64,000 nucleotides of DNA, taken from the NCBI GenBank assembly GCA_050273025.1, contig CP158635.1, forward strand, positions 28,396,001 through 28,460,000. Reading direction: 5' to 3'. Shown in pieces: positions 62,701 to 64,000 of this stretch. Every line of letters starts with the position of its first letter. Within the stretch, counting starts at the first letter, position 1. This DNA comes from Cenococcum geophilum (Eukaryota). The position numbers and the translations under genes were made by a program. A model generated the notes under the pieces. That model was not told the DNA's origin. It was given only the letters and a program-made list of their open reading frames with translations, and did not search any database.

Positions 62701-64000
62701 TAGAGATATCCTTAAAAATTAATAAGAATGTGCCCCTTTCTAAAGATACTTATAGCCCGTTATCCTAGTTAACGAAATTAACTACTATACTAGTAGCATC
62801 TGCGTAGTTTTCTTAAGAGAGTAGAATTTTGTTATAGATTTAGAGGAGCACTACCTAATGCTAATTAACTGCGAAGCCTCTAACTTTTATAAGGACGTTA
62901 CTAATCTATTACTTAGCTCCTTTATATAGTACTAGAGGTCTACTAGATAAAGATATAATAAATATACTATTATTAATTTTATTTAACTTGTGACTTTAAC
63001 TAATTACGGCTGTATTTAAGGTTTATTAAGGGCGAAAAGGTAAAGTTCTAAATAGGGTTTCTTAATTTAAATAGTCTACTAAATCCGGGTAATAGTGTAG
63101 AGTTTTACCGGCTCTAATTATTAAATAGACTAATTATAATTTTCCATCCCTAGGATAGAAAATTGCTATTAGCTTAGTAAAGGCGGTAAGCGAAACTAAT
63201 ATCTTTACAGTAAATAATACTAAATAGCTGTACGTAAACATTCTTCTGTCCTTACCTTACTGTTAATATATATTAGATTCCTATAACTAAAAAAGTAAAT
63301 AAGATAGCGTAATAGAAAGAGCTTTAGGAAATACAGTAAATAAATGGGTAGATTACACGGCTATTATCTATATCCCCTCCCCTACCTTAGAACTTAACTA
63401 TCCCCTAGTTAAATGTTTTATACTTAATTCTGCTAAATAATCTTTCTAAAATATATACTTCTTAAACTACGCGGCGTTGCGATACTAGTGAATTTTGTAT
63501 AGCATCTTCCTTAGGTTCTAGCTCTATTATTATTTCTTATAATATAGTTCCGCCTAACTAGTTAAGCTAGTCCTCCTAGCGGACCTTAGATATCTATTAT
63601 TAACAGAACTTCTTTAATCTATTTCCTAGAGTTTAATTGCGAAACAGCATGCCGTTAAAATCCTTAATTAAGTACCATCTTTTATAAGAGTAACTCTTAC
63701 GTACGCGAAATGGGCCTAGCTATTTTAGATCCAACTTATAACTGCTAAAATAATCTTACTTAAGCTACGTGTTATAAAGTATAATTATATCTTTAACCTT
63801 AAATCCGTCCTAGCGAATACAATAAGTGTTATTAAAATACTCCTTATTTACTACCCTTAGTCGTCTTATACGCGTGATAGCCTCTTATATATCTGCGTTT
63901 CTTTAGTTAAACTATTTTATATAAAGTGCTAGCAGCTCTATAGTGGTCCGGACTATTTGCTAAGGTAGCGTTTACTAAGTAGGTATATAGAGTTTAACAG
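59770..64000 (-). mobile_element. 3' part of Gypsy-type LTR element G (integrase tail, accessory ORF, 3' LTR); continues beyond the window
   Basis: LTR-like 59770-60047 (tgtag...ctaca) is followed by the PPT complement cctcccctacc. Integrase tail FKVKD...KLD(P)K(W)LGPFRV...GNRLKKF at about 63600-63810. The partner LTR is not in the window. Confidence 0.8.
60250..62956 (-). pseudogene. Accessory ORF of about 900 codons; C-terminal half is a putative PhyH-like Fe(II)/2-oxoglutarate dioxygenase
   Basis: One frame with no frameshift across about 2.7 kb; all stops are TAA/TAG/TGA that revert by C>T or G>A. Reads RLISYPYYTKFAV.GD.TAFR(H)I(D)VNIP...ANII(Q)GSVSLD(DE)..DNCTIILPG(MH)...KKGD.RITMP(H)LP(H)(G)A.G....(R)RT.L.(W)F. 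Both ends approximate. Confidence 0.7.

Overview
This window is an AT-rich block of nested, degraded transposons from a filamentous ascomycete, and I found no intact host gene in it. CpA/TpG are depleted, TpA is in excess, and nearly every coding region is broken by TAA/TAG codons that revert to CAA/CAG/TGG, the signature of repeat-induced point mutation (RIP). All protein readings below were made by hand-translating and reversing those changes; no database search was run. From left to right: a Copia gag fragment; a Helitron-like Rep/PIF1 element interrupted by an internally deleted Copia-type element; a Tad1-like LINE carrying a solo LTR and a 331-bp retroposed insert; a hAT transposon interrupted by Gypsy A; a second hAT interrupted by Gypsy B (which contains a full Copia) and Gypsy C; a second LINE copy interrupted by Gypsy D; a scrambled stretch of Gypsy and Helitron fragments; and the 3' part of Gypsy G. 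The main finding is in Gypsy G: a single-frame, roughly 900-codon extra ORF (about 60250-62956, minus strand) between the integrase and the 3' LTR. Its de-RIPed C-terminal half has HxD...H...R and QGSVSLDD/ILPGMH motifs resembling a PhyH-type Fe(II)/2-oxoglutarate dioxygenase. Upstream of it is a hairpin/CCAAT-rich non-coding module that also occurs in three other Gypsy families in the window.
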